DNA of 57,096 nucleotides from Guillardia theta CCMP2712 (lineage: Eukaryota > Protista > Cryptophyta): assembly GCF_000315625.1 (NCBI RefSeq), contig NW_005434673.1:704002-761097 (forward strand), written 5' to 3'. The translations under genes and the position numbers were made by a program. Under the pieces are notes generated by a model. That model had not been told where the DNA came from and searched no databases. It saw only the letters and a list, made by a program, of their open reading frames with translations. Below are positions 11,481 through 23,220 of this stretch, in pieces (positions within the stretch are counted from its first letter, which is position 1; every line of letters starts with the position of its first letter).

Positions 11481-12000
11481 AGATGCCTATGTAGTCCGTG
11501 CCCCCCGAGTCAGATGCCGCTCCGATTTACTAGTTAGTCCGTGCCGGGCCCCTCAGATGCTCGGTAGTCCGGGCCCAGTCCGTGCCCCCCTCAGATCAGG
11601 ATGCTTATGTACCGGGTAGTCACCCGGTGCCCCCTGATGTAGAGTCCCTGCCCCGGGCCCCAGGGGGGAGTGCTCAGCTCCCGGCGTATCGTAGTCCGTG
11701 CCCCCCTCACAGAGTCAGATTAGTCCGCCGTCCGTCACGGTGCCCCCCTCAGATGCTCCGAGTGTATCGTAGTCTGTGCCCCCCTCAGATGCTTCTGTTT
11801 CGTAGTCCGTGCCCCCCTCAGATACCTATCTAGTCCGTGCCCCCCTCAGGGCCTAGTAGTCCGTGCCCCCCTCAGATGCCTATCTAGTCCGTGCCCGGGC
11901 CCCCTCAGCCTAGTACGGTCCGTGCCCCCCTCAGATGCCTATCTAGTCCGTGCCCCCCTCAGATGCCTATCTAGTCCGTGCCCCCCTCAGATGCCTATCT
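11481..12000. repeat. 28-bp minisatellite (TAGTCCGTGCCCCCCTCAGATGCCTATC), degenerate on the left and clean on the right
   Basis: Visible tandem units interrupted by short insertions. Confidence 0.95.
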
Positions 12001-12131
12001 TTCTGAGTCCACTCGGGCCTCCTCAGAGAAACGATTACACCCCAGCAGTTACTCTGTAACCGCCAAGGGTTCTAAGGTGCAGTGGCCTCCATGGAAGGGT
12101 AAGAGGGAGGAGAAGAAAGGGAGACGCGAGC

Positions 12132-12999
12132 ATGTTGAAAGCGGTTGACACCTTGGGCATCCTTGCTCTCCTCTTCTGCTTCCTCCTCCATTCTGCAAGC
12201 GCCTTCTCTTCTGTCAGCCTTGCTAGGTCATGCCAAGCATCAAGGCAAGTTGCTCTTTGCATGGCAGGAGAGGGATTCGGAGCTCAGAAGAAGCAAAGTA
12301 GTCAAGAGAGCATTGAAGCGATCAGTGCAGGGTCAGAAATGATTGAAGAAAAAGACAACAATGTTGGGGATATGAAAGAAATCTCCAAGGTTGGGAGGTC
12401 GCCGGCAGAAGCCAGAAGGAGAGCAGACCCCGTGAATGTGGATGGGCAAGCTTTCTTTGATAAAGAATGGATCACCCAGTCGGTCAGCACCCTTGCGTCG
12501 GAAGAGTGGAGGAAAGGGGCCAAGGAGGGAGGCGAGTACGACTGCCCGGAGTGCGGAGGTACAGGAAGGATTCAGGGAGGACTTGCGACCCTTCCAGGAC
12601 TTGCGTGGTGGCCGATCAAAGCCTTCCGTCCTTGCCCAACCTGCGAGAAGGCTGGGCGATCCTACAACCGACGAGGACAGGTCCATGTTGCAGAATCTCT
12701 TCCCGCTTGGCTGTCACTGCCCTTCTCTCCCGATGACGTGCGTGTGTTCTTTTTCAGGTGTTGGATGAAGTGTTGTTTGGCAAGAACGACATGCCCATGG
12801 ACTACAAGAGGCCTGAATCTGTCAGTCCAATTGCCTCCTTGATGTCACTGACCATCCGCTTGGCAGTCGGGGGGTTTGACAGCTGAAGATGTCAAGAAGA
12901 TCATGGCGAAGAGGAACAAAGGTGCGGGGATACACGAGAGGGTTGAAAGGAATGACGGCTTTCTGCTTTCCTTCAGGCAAATCTCAAGACGAGAAGTGA
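12132..12999 (+). CDS. Plastid-targeted DnaJ-type zinc finger (CxxCxGxG) protein, multi-exon
   Basis: Signal peptide ending ASA-F (bipartite leader); CPECGGTG...WWPIKAFRPCPTC. Confidence 0.75.
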
Positions 13000-13091
13000 G
13001 AGGCCCCTGGGTGTGAAGCAACTTGAGCTGAGATGAGACAAGAGAAGGCTCTGCCTCTCTTTCTTCCTTGAAACCACAAAAAGAATACAGT

Positions 13092-15459
13092 TTATCCCGT
13101 CATAGACGAGAAAAGGGAACCGGAGCTTCCGGCAGTCTCGTTTTGCCCTGTGCTTGTCCCGTCAATGCCTCGCCTCCTCTTGATATGATAGAGAATCTCC
13201 TGCTTCACCTTAGTGCTAGCTTCACTGTCGCGAATCCCGAGCAGGTAGAGGATTCCGTCGAGCCCCAGCGTGCTGATGCCAACCTGCGCCTGCTCCTTCA
13301 CCTTGGGCTTCGCATGAAACGCGACTCCGAGCCCTGCAGCAGTCTCACGTCCAAGTCCTTCGCTATGTCCTCCTCCTACCCGCGAGCTTGAGCATGGGAA
13401 TATCGTTGGCGCCGTCACCAACCGCGATGACCTGACAAGGCAGGAAAGAGACACAAATCTCGTCAGGGAAACCGAGAAAGCAGATGTGAAGTAACGGTAG
13501 TGGGACACGGGACAGAGAGATCGTTACCTGCTTCAGTGACAGTCCCTCCTGCTGTGCAATGTACTTGAGCAGCTCTGCCTTTCTCTGAGCGTCCACTATC
13601 TCGCCCTTCACCTGCTGCAGGTAAGAAAGGAGCTCTAGAGTTGGCTTCAGACTTCGCCCGTCAGCTTCCCGTCCTTGAAGTCAAGCTGATTTGCATACAC
13701 GTAGTCGATCCCGAGCTACGAGGTTAAGAGGTCAATGCCTCGCCTCTCATCAAGCCTACTGCTGGCCATCAGCTGAGCTTTTACCTCCTTCTGCAGTTTC
13801 TGGGCGAAGTATGTGAAGCCGCCTGAAAGGATGCCGACTTTGTAGCCGAGCCTGAAGGAGACAATGAGATGAGAACGCGGAGGAGACGGAGATACATCTT
13901 GAGGTTCGCGATGAGACGAGGAGCCCCTTCGGTGATGGGAAGACTGCAAGCGAGTGAGAGCCCAGCCACATGGAGGGCGAGAGGACGAGACCTGTCAGCG
14001 ATTCCTTCCAGGACAGACTCGTCCATCCCCTTGAGCAGCTTCATCCTCCTCCGGAACGACTCCTGTGTAAGATGACTCGTGCTGCTTGCAGCGTTCAGTA
14101 TCCAACCTTGAAGTCAATCTCTCCTCTCATTGCTGCTTCAGTGATTTTCGCCACTTCTTCTCCAACCTGCTCATATTGGTATTCTTCCTCTCACGTTATC
14201 CTCAAGCACCTGCGCATGCTTCGCAAGCTCGTCGATGACTTCGCACTGCCACAAGGTGAGGAAGCAGAAGAAAAGGAGGAGGAGTGGAGGGATGCCTGGA
14301 TGAGCGTGGAGTCCATGTCGAAGAGTATGAGGCGCCTGCTCAGCGCGTATCAAAACCCCAACATCCAGTCAGAGGCAGTTTCCTGTTGCGACGGAAAAGA
14401 TCGTCTTCTTGCACCGCCACATCTATGGGCTCTTGGAGGGAAACCTGCTTTGACGTGAGCCCACAGGACGCTGGCCGAGGAAGCAGGTGACTTTGAAGAG
14501 TTCCTCCCGCAGAGCGCCGACGCTTCTCGGCTTCCCACTCACTTGCAGCTAACGAGACACGACGACAAGACGAGGGAGGACAAGCGGTCAGACCGTCACT
14601 CGAAAACTTCACCAACACCAACAGACCTGAAAGGCAGAACGCGAAACTTTAAGGTTTGAGTCCCTCAACGACATCTGCGAATAGCGTCACAGCTCGGTGA
14701 CGGTCGTCGTCACACAGACCAGGTCGGACAAGCGGACAATCTGATCGACATTCATCCCATGGTCTGACAAGATCTTGGAGACTGCAGGGACGTCAAAAAA
14801 GCTCAGAAGAACACGTAGGTGACCGAGATGTAAGTGACGCGAGTTGAGCCTCCTTGAGAGAACCTGAGCGACCTTCACCTCCTCGTCTTCTTCTGCTCGG
14901 TTTCTCCTCCTCGTCTCGCTCCTTACCGTCACAGTGTATCGCCCTCTTGACTGCATGGTCACCCTACTTATAGTCAGATGGATATCTTCTCCACTTCACC
15001 CTCACCATCGCTCATACTCCATGCTCGACACCGGCGTGAAGCTCACTGCAAGCAAGGCACGCAGTGAGCGTGGAAGGAGGGTGATGACGACATGCCTTGA
15101 ATTCCAAGGTGATGCGACAGGAAAACCAAATCCTTGAACACTTTCTGAGAGTTCTCCTTGGTGACCTGAGGCAGGCAGGGTCAGTCTCGCGGTCTTCTCA
15201 CGTGCTCGTCACCTCCACGAGCATTCCGATGGACAGCATGTCATGAATTTCTGCTCGCACCCTCACCCCCAGCCACACATGCAGAAGCTCTACCGGCTTG
15301 CCCGACGTCGAGGATGTTGACATCGTAAGGGCCCATGACGTCCGTTAGCTCAGCCACAAGGCCGATCCTGACCCACGTCAGACCTCACACGCCAAGCCTA
15401 CGCCTTGTGAACCTCGAGCCTCCCTTGATGCTCAAAAGATAGATCTCCTTGACAGACAT
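13092..15459 (-). CDS. serB: Phosphoserine phosphatase (HAD family, probable N-terminal ACT domain), intron-rich
   Basis: FDMDSTLI / CEVIDELA, LSGGFTYFA, AVGDGANDIPMLKLAG, GLGVAFHAKPKV. Confidence 0.9.
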
Positions 15460-16205
15460 GCTCGCCCTGAAGATCGCAGCTGTCATATTCGTCGCCCTAC
15501 AGCAATCATCCACAATGCTAATCTCAACATCATCGTCCTCGTCCTCACAAACATCCCATCTTCACTTTATCTCTTCAGAGCCAGTGTCTATTGGCCGATT
15601 CTTCCTCGCCAGAATACCTTACATTCGCTCATTGCAGTTCCATTCTTCCTCGCCAGAATACCTTACATTCGCTCATTGCAGTTCCACCAACCAATTTTCT
15701 TTTTCAGCCACCTCTGGTTCTTCTTCCTTGTTTCCTGAATGCTGTTGCCTGTCGCTCCTCCTCTTATTTTGTTTAATATTCCTCATCCTCGCCTTCCCCT
15801 CCCCTCCTCTTCTCAGCTCCTCTTACTGACAAGATCTCTGTGCCTCTCTTGTATCCATGTGCTCGCCCTCGTTCCATTTTTTCTTCTTGCTTTGTCTTTT
15901 CTTAATCTTCTACATTCCTCTCTCCTCCTCTCCTCCTCTTCCCCGTCTCTTCTTTCTTCTCTTCTTTCTCTTCTCCCTCCGTCTTCCCTTCATATCAGAA
16001 CTGCTGCATTCTTCCTCACGCGCTGCATTGTGCGGTCAGTGGCTGTCGACCGATCACCCCTGTTCCCAAGAAACTTATTGGGTGATACGGGGGGTGGGTC
16101 CTTTAAACCCTCCTAGGAGGCCATAGAGTCCGCGAGGCGAGGGAGAGGGAGAGGGAGAGGGAGGAGGGAGGAGGGAGGAGGGAGGAGGGAGGAGGGAGGA
16201 GGGGA

Positions 16206-16305
16206 NNNNNNNNNNNNNNNNNNNNNNNNNNNNNNNNNNNNNNNNNNNNNNNNNNNNNNNNNNNNNNNNNNNNNNNNNNNNNNNNNNNNNNNNNNNNNNN
16301 NNNNN
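16206..16305. other. Assembly gap inside a G/A-rich simple repeat (~16140-16510)
   Basis: Run of N flanked by (GGAGA/GGA)n. Confidence 1.
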
Positions 16306-16672
16306 GGGAGAGGGGGAGGGAGAGGGGGAGAGCAGAGGGAGAGGGAGAGGGAGAGGAAGAGGGAGAGACAAGGGACAAGGGAGAAGGAGAGGGAGAGGGA
16401 GAAGGGAGAAGGGAGAAGGGAGGGAGAGGGAGAAGGGAGAGGGAGAGGGAGAGGGAGAGGGACTGAGGGAGAGGGAGAGAGAGGAGGGATGAAGGAAGAG
16501 AGGGAGGGCGAGCCTGCCACTACCCAACTTAGTCTACTTAAACGGGATCGTACTTGTCACTACACAGAATGATTAAATTCGACAACCAATTCGAGTGTGC
16601 AAAGAACTTCCCCTTCATGATATGATAGTTTGATTCGCATCTTGCAACAGAGATCTTCTTTAAACTGATGAT

Positions 16673-17070
16673 TCAGGACGTCGAGGAGAAAGGCCTGTAC
16701 CGCTCAGGTGGGTAAGAAGAAGATTCGAGAATCATTACAGAGTCGTCGAGGTCGACGAATACCGTACTACGAAGTGCTGTAACGATTGTGATTCTGAGCT
16801 CGATGTGCTTCGACGGATTGAAAAGAAAGGGAAGAAACCAGACGGGACCTGGAGGTTGAAAACAAGGAAAAGTGAAGTACGAGGATTGAAATTTTGCAGG
16901 TCATCGAGGTAATATTTTGTATACTGCCGTAATTCACCTTTTCGTCTGACTGTTATCGTGGCAGCTGCAAAGAAAAGCCGATTAAATCCCGGGACTTGAA
17001 TGCGGCACTGAATATACTCGCTTGTTTCAAGGTGTTTCCTGAAAGACCGAATCACCTACGTCGCCCCTGA
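16673..17070 (+). pseudogene. Fanzor (eukaryotic TnpB-like RNA-guided nuclease) C-terminal fragment with a 56-nt intron at 16909-16964
   Basis: Manual spliced translation SGRRGERPVPLRWVRRRFENHYRVVEVDEYRTTKCCNDC...EVRGLKFCRSS|SCKEKPIKSRDLNAALNILACFKVFPERPNHLRRP*. This shows the RuvC-II E, the split Cys4 zinc finger and RuvC-III RDxNAAxNI, and aligns with 53016-53342. Confidence 0.9.
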
Positions 17071-17124
17071 GGTGAACTCCATGATTGTTGTCGCCCCCTC
17101 CCTGCCCAGGCTGCGTCCCTCGGG

Positions 17125-17157
<33 letters not shown>

Positions 17158-17347
17158 ATATTTGCATGCCTGCCTGCCTGCATGCATGCATACCTGTACG
17201 TCTGCTTGCCTGCCTGCATGTATGTCTGTGTGATATGTATGTCTGTGTCTTTCAGGCACCTTACCTTCATCTATCTCTCCATCTCTATCCACCTGATCAT
17301 GTTTACGACATATGATCATTGAAGTGATTACTGACTGACATCATTTG

Positions 17348-17519
17348 GTAGGGTTCATGTAAGGCTCCAACAAGAGTCGCGGCTCTCAATCCTACAGCGG
17401 CCGCTCTGATCGAAAACTGACGGACCGGGCCACCTAACTCTCATACTTCGTCACCGTCTGCCGTTATTATGAGAGGGAGAGTACCCGTGGTAGATAGACT
17501 CGTGACGTTTATCTATTAA
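17348..17519 (+). ncRNA. Candidate Fanzor omegaRNA scaffold / element right end
   Basis: Stems 17348-17355/17388-17395, 17438-17445/17468-17475 and 17491-17499/17507-17515, ending at TTAA, downstream of the Fanzor stop codon. Confidence 0.5.
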
Positions 17520-17718
17520 ACTGATGATGTCGGATTGGCACATCATGAGTGACTCTCAAACTTGAGTCACCTGACGCCGGCGAGTCGCCCGGTCAACCAG
17601 CCTCCTGGCCGCGGCCCGGCCACGGCTCCGCAACTCACAGGCAGCGCCGGGTCAAACAGCCAGCTCTTTTTTGTTTGTCAAATTCGAGTCCAGGCCTATA
17701 ACCAGGTCCAAACTCCTC

Positions 17719-19828
17719 ATGGAGGCGGCAGTCCTTACGGTTCAGCGAACATGGAGGGGGCACGCGGGGAGGGCGCAGGTTCGTCAGCTGCTCTTCCATG
17801 TATACCAAGACTTTGAAGACTACGAGCTTCAAGCACCTTCTCCTCCCTCTCCTCCTCCCTTTCTTCTTCAGCTGCTCGAGCTGTCAGCACAAGCCGTGAA
17901 GGCTGGAGAGTTCGACAATGCAGCGGTCCTCGCAACCAATGCGATTGTACGCGTCCCCGTGATATGGTTTTCTATTGGTGACAGCTGAGCAGGAACAAGG
18001 TTCTGCTTCTCCTCAAGCCTTCTCTCTTCTCGGAGCTGCTTTTCTCGGCCTCGGAAGCGCCGCTGTAGCTGCAAGAGTTTTCCGAGAGGGATTGGCTCTG
18101 GCCCCTCTCAATCAGTTTCTTATCTCTGGTCTCAAGGTGAGTAGCACAAGGCTGACGGGTTGATTGTTAGCATAACTCATGTCCCAGGCATCGAGAGAGA
18201 AGCTAAGGCAGTCAGACTCGCTGTTGTTATCCGCAGGACAACAGTCAGGTGGTGAGGACGCTGAGGCTTGGTGGGATCACTATCCTGCTTGCAAGCTGTA
18301 TGGGGCCTTCAAGATCTCTTTGCTTCAAGCCGTTGTGAGGAGGAGGCTCTTCCTGATGGTTCATGGGTCTCTTTGGTGCCTGCCAGCCCTTCCTCGCCTT
18401 CTGCTGCGCGACTCAAAAACTTTGAGTGAGGTGACAGCAGCTGCCGGACGCCTGCAGGGCGTCGTTCGGGCCAAACTCTGTCAGGTTCTGTTCCGGACCA
18501 ACTCAGTCTGGTGGTGTCGATGGACGTCAGGGCTAGAAGATGCGCTGCGGCTGATTCTGATAGAAGAGGGGGGGTTGATCCAACCCGCTTCAGGTATCCA
18601 GACCGTGCACGGAGCCTGTGAGTCCCCAGCTGTGGACAAGAGGTCGGTCTTGTCGATACAAAAGCGTGAGGTCCTTCAAGTGGATCCACGTGTAGGACGG
18701 GAAGGGAACGTGCTTGCGCCAAGGCGAGTGGGGAAGTTGAGAAGAACTCATCCCTCCGCATCGCCTTCCTTGGTCATCTCTGCTTCCGAGGAGCCGCCGC
18801 CGCGCTCACCTCAAGCTTCATTCCTGTCGGTCGCCATGCTGGAATTGGTTGCCGCAAGGAGGTTGCAAGCGTCAGCAAGGATGCTGCTGGCCCACATGGT
18901 CCTGCATGGCCTGCTAAACCTGAGGAGGAAGCGGTTTCGGGCTGCTCTGCGACTTCAACGATGGTTCTCTGCCTTGAGGAGGCGACGCATCGCCGTCGTT
19001 GCTCTGAGAGCCTTAGCAGCACAAAGAGTGAAAGAGCGAGCGGCAGTTGTCATTCAGTCTCGCATGTTTCGCGGGCCCTCTGCTCGCGAGCGCGTTCACT
19101 TGCTGCGTCGTTGTTGGTTGTTGGGCCTGCGCGGGCAGGAAACGTGGATCACAGCGACGCCACTTGGGGCAAGACTTGTGCGGGGGATGCAGAAGCGCTG
19201 GGATTACATTCGAGTGCTGCAAGCTCATGCGAGGAAGCGGCTTCTGCAGGTTGACTCCTCTGCTCGTTCTAATGTTTCTCACAAGTTGCAGATGCGTCGC
19301 TGCTTCTTGACTCCTCCGGCTGCCTCTCAGCACGCTCTCAGATTTTCTCGCTGGAGGGACATGAGCTTGCAGGCTTGGCAGGAGCTACTCCCGACCATGT
19401 CTGCCTGCACGCGCTCGCGATGTGAGCGATGGTGGAGGTTGAGCAGCTTCAACAACGGAAACAAGGCGGAGGAGAAACCTCGTCCCACCCCTTCGCAACA
19501 AGTTGCTATAGGAAAGTCAAGAAGCATAAGAAGTCAAGGGCAAAGGGAAGAGGACCAGGTCACAGACACGAAGCTTTCATCGCTGCCTTCTCATCGAAAC
19601 GTCTTCCTCCCTTTCCTCCAAACTAATTTTGTACAGGAGCATCTTTCCCTTCGCTTTGCATCTACTGCCGTGACCCCGCTGCCTCTCATAACCATCAGGA
19701 AAGAACAGTTGAATCCAGACAAGAGCAGAAGGAGGGAGATGGAGGCGCTGCCATGGCTGACGGAGAGGGTTCGACAGGACGAAAAAGACCTGAGGGTGTT
19801 GCGCAAGAGTCTCAAGGGTAGAAGATGA
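17719..19828 (+). CDS. IQ-motif (calmodulin-binding) protein, multi-exon
   Basis: IQ-like motifs VQRTWRGHAGR, LQGVVRAKL, LQRWFSALRRRR, IQSRMFRGPSAR. Confidence 0.6.
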
Positions 19829-19855
19829 TATCAAGCATTTACTTGTCATCTCCTT

Positions 19856-19934
19856 TTAGATATCAGCAAACGCGCCAAGCTCCTCCATCTCCCCTAGGAA
19901 AGCATCCAACGCATCCGCCTCTCCCTTGTGATCT

Positions 19935-19966
<32 letters not shown>

Positions 19967-21279
19967 CGCTGCCTTTGTCGGTTGGCTTGCAGTGACGAAG
20001 GGCTGTGCGCGCTTCTTGGCGATCATCTCGCGAGCAGAAGGAGGTTGCCTTCGCTTTACAGCTGCTGGTGCCATGCCGAGCACAGCGACATTGAGTGCTG
20101 CCTCCTCTGCTGGGACAGGCTGCGAAGGTGGTGCCTCCTCCTTCCTTGGTATGAACCTGTGATGAGTGAGAAAGTCATGTGAGGGAAAATGACGAAGTAC
20201 GAGATGGGAGCATGGACGACGCTGCTGACTGCTTCTGTTCTTGATCCTCCTTCAGCCGTTTGCTCTTCTTCATCCGAATCCTCTCCGTAGTCACCCAACG
20301 CTGAGGCCAAAGCAGCAACTGCCGGCTCGTTCTTCTTTGGCTTGTCTGGGGGAGGAGGAGGAGGCATCGACTGTTCGGTTGTCTTGATAGGTTTTGGAGG
20401 AGGCGGAGGAGGAACAGCTTGGAGGGTGCGAGGCTTGTCTGCAAACAACATGAGAACAAGCATGCAAGCATCTGCCTCAGGTCTCTGCCTGGAGGAGGCG
20501 GCGGCGGCGGCATCGCACCGCTTGCTGATAAGGCACTTAGAGCACGAGGCGGAGGCGGCGGAGGAATTCCAGCTGGATTGTTAGCGGGTCGAGCAGGGGG
20601 GGGGGGAGGAGGCATTCCTGGTGGCGGCGGCATACCAGGAGCAGTAACGTTGCGAGGAGGAGGGGGAGGGGGAATCTGTCCAGGAGGCAGCACCCGAGGG
20701 GGCGGTGGCGGAGGAACAGACCCCAACGGGAGAACTGGCGGGGGAGGGGGAGGAATTCCGCCGATCGGAATAGTATTCGGAGGAGGAAGAGGAGGAGGGT
20801 AAGGGAGGGGCTGCTGAAAGGAGGGGAAAGATGATTGTAGGGAGGAGGCCTGGAAAGAAGGCTGCATGGAAGAACTTGCAGCCTCGTCATCGATAGGAGC
20901 AAACGGATCCTGCGGTTGTTGGGCAAGAGCTTTCGCGGCCGCGAGCTTTGCCTGCCTCTGCTGCTCCTCTTCTTCTCTTTTCTTCTTCTTCTGTAAAGCA
21001 TTGTAGACGAGCTCCAGCTCTTCTTTCCTCCTGTTTGAGTAGTTGGTGCTCCCATGCTTGCGCTCTCTGTCCTCTATCTCTGCGATTCGTTTTCGAGCAA
21101 GCTCAGGGTTATGTTTGATCTGCTCCAGCTCCTTCCTCTGTTGACAGAGGATCAGAGATTGCGATCAAAGCGCAAGAAGTCACCTCTTGCTTGTGAACTT
21201 TGTTTCTCTTGATTTCCTTCTTCTTCATTTGCTTCCGGTAGGCGTCATTGGGATTCATCGCCTTCTTGTCCTTCCCCAT
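19856..21279 (-). CDS. WBP11: WW-domain-binding protein 11 (NpwBP)-like splicing factor
   Basis: N-terminus MGKDKKAMNPNDAYRKQMKKKEIKRNK, poly-proline middle, C-terminus DALDAFLGEMEELGA. Confidence 0.8.
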
Positions 21280-22053
21280 CTTGAGTCTTCCTAGTGCCTA
21301 TGTCTTGCCTATCACCTTCGTACCTTGAAGAAACACAATCAACAGTGAGGCGTGAGTCCTCTTCTCATGCTATCTTCTTGTTTCAATGTTGCACGATCTC
21401 ATACATCATTCCATCCCCTCGCTATTTCCCTTCTACTTCTTCCTCTTCTCATCTCGTGCTAGAAAACAGGCTTCATCATTCTTTGAAGCTGATGGAAAAG
21501 TCACGAAGCGATTCCAACGCTAATGCATGCAACAGTCCTAAGGACAAACAGAAAGACCCCGACTGCTTTTCGACTGACAAAACATTTGAAACGGCAGAGA
21601 AAGAAGGCAATACGAGTGAGTGAAGAGAAAAAGATGGAAAGGGGCCAAGAAGAATGTGAAGAGCAAAGGAGAGAAGAAAAAGTAGGGCAGAGCACGGCAG
21701 GGCAGGGCAGGGCAGGGCAGGGCAGAGCAGGTCGGGAGGAAGGACAAGACAAAGGTAGCACAGGGTAGGGTAGCGTACAGAACGAATGGTTGGGGAAGGG
21801 AGGGGAAATGGAGGGGAGGGGAGGGGAGGGGAGGGGAGGGGAGGGGAGGGGAGAGGGAAGGGGGTTGGAGCGTCGGTGGCGAGAAAGCTAGAGAAAAACC
21901 GAGTCTGCCTCAGGCCCGTGACGCAGATTCTTTTTTAGCTTTACACAGCCTCTAAAAAGAAACTGTCAAACTTTCACGGTGGAATGTCAAACGGACTTGT
22001 GATTCCGTTTGACTCGAGCGCCATGCAGCGCTGTTGACAGACGAGCTCAGGAG

Positions 22054-23003
22054 ATGAAGCTGTTGCTTGTGCGTCACGCGCAGTCGGAGAACAACAAGCT
22101 TCAGAACTCTATCCAGCAGCTTGTCATCCTGGGCAAGAAGAATGCGGCAGAAGCCAAGCTTGAGTGGATGGAGGTCAGACAGGCTGACCCGAAGCTCTCC
22201 GTTGAGGGTAGGGAGCAAGCAAAAATGTTGGGAATGAGAATCAAGAGATTGATCAGGAAGCATGAACGGAAAGGCGGGAGGTGAGCATAGCGACTCGTTG
22301 CGGCTGTCTCTCACTCGTCTTGATCAGCGTCAGGATCATGGTCTCTCCTATGCTGCGAGCTCTCGAGACTGCCAGCTTTGTGCTGGGTCCAAGTAAAAAA
22401 ATGGCCCAAGTCCGAACTGAGCTAGCGGAGGTAGGAGGAGTGTACTCTACCTCCAAAGTCACCCAAGGTGGTGTGCCTTTCATCGAAAAGCGTCCTGGAA
22501 AGGCTCTCAGTAAGCAGAGCATTGAAGCCAACTTTCCTGCGATGTTCGACACATCAATGCTGGTTGACGAGGGTCCATGGGATGCTGGCCGAGGGTTCGA
22601 AAGCATCACACAGTCGATCACCCGATCAAACAAGCTGTGCGCATGGCTCCGTAGCCCAGGCATGCACCAAGAGGTAAAGAGGCGAATTCAAATCAACTGC
22701 TGATGCTTGACTCAGTTTGGGCCGAAAGATATGCTTGTTCTTATCTCTCACTCAGATCTCTTGGCTCTTTTACAGTCAACCCTGTCAGGCAACAACGTCG
22801 AAGATTACCTGGACAACCCAGACCTCTCTGGCTCTTACAGTCGACGATATGGTAAGAAAGGAGAGCTTCCCAACGACTCCAACGTTTTCGTTGCCTTCAA
22901 GACCTCACCAGCAGCTACCACTCTTCTCGATGTTCCACCCCAAGGCGTTCCGCAAGTGGTGTGGAGGAATCAGATGTCTCCTTCAGGTACCTACTTCACG
23001 TGA
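22054..23003 (+). CDS. Histidine phosphatase / phosphoglycerate mutase family protein
   Basis: LLLVRHAQSENN, DPKLSVEGREQA, VSPMLRALETA, LISHSD. Confidence 0.85.
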
Positions 23004-23220
23004 GATGCTGGCAGTGACTCCTGCTGTCAGTTGGTACCTGCACCGTGTTGTGATAGCATTCATCTCCAAGACTTTTTGACATTTTGCAGTGAAGTGATGG
23101 ACAAATCATGTCTCTCTACTTCACTTGTTTACCTCGTTGCTTTCGTTTTCTCTTCCCCTCCTCTCACATGCCATCTCGCCGTCGCCTTCCCCGCTCAGCA
23201 TCATAACAATTTTTAATAGA

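Noticed and set aside
11481-12000. Repeat-spacer array
   Set aside because: The variable parts are short insertions inside a tandem unit, not unique spacers of constant length.
16735-17055. Minus-strand 106-aa ORF
   Set aside because: Antisense shadow of the plus-strand Fanzor fragment.
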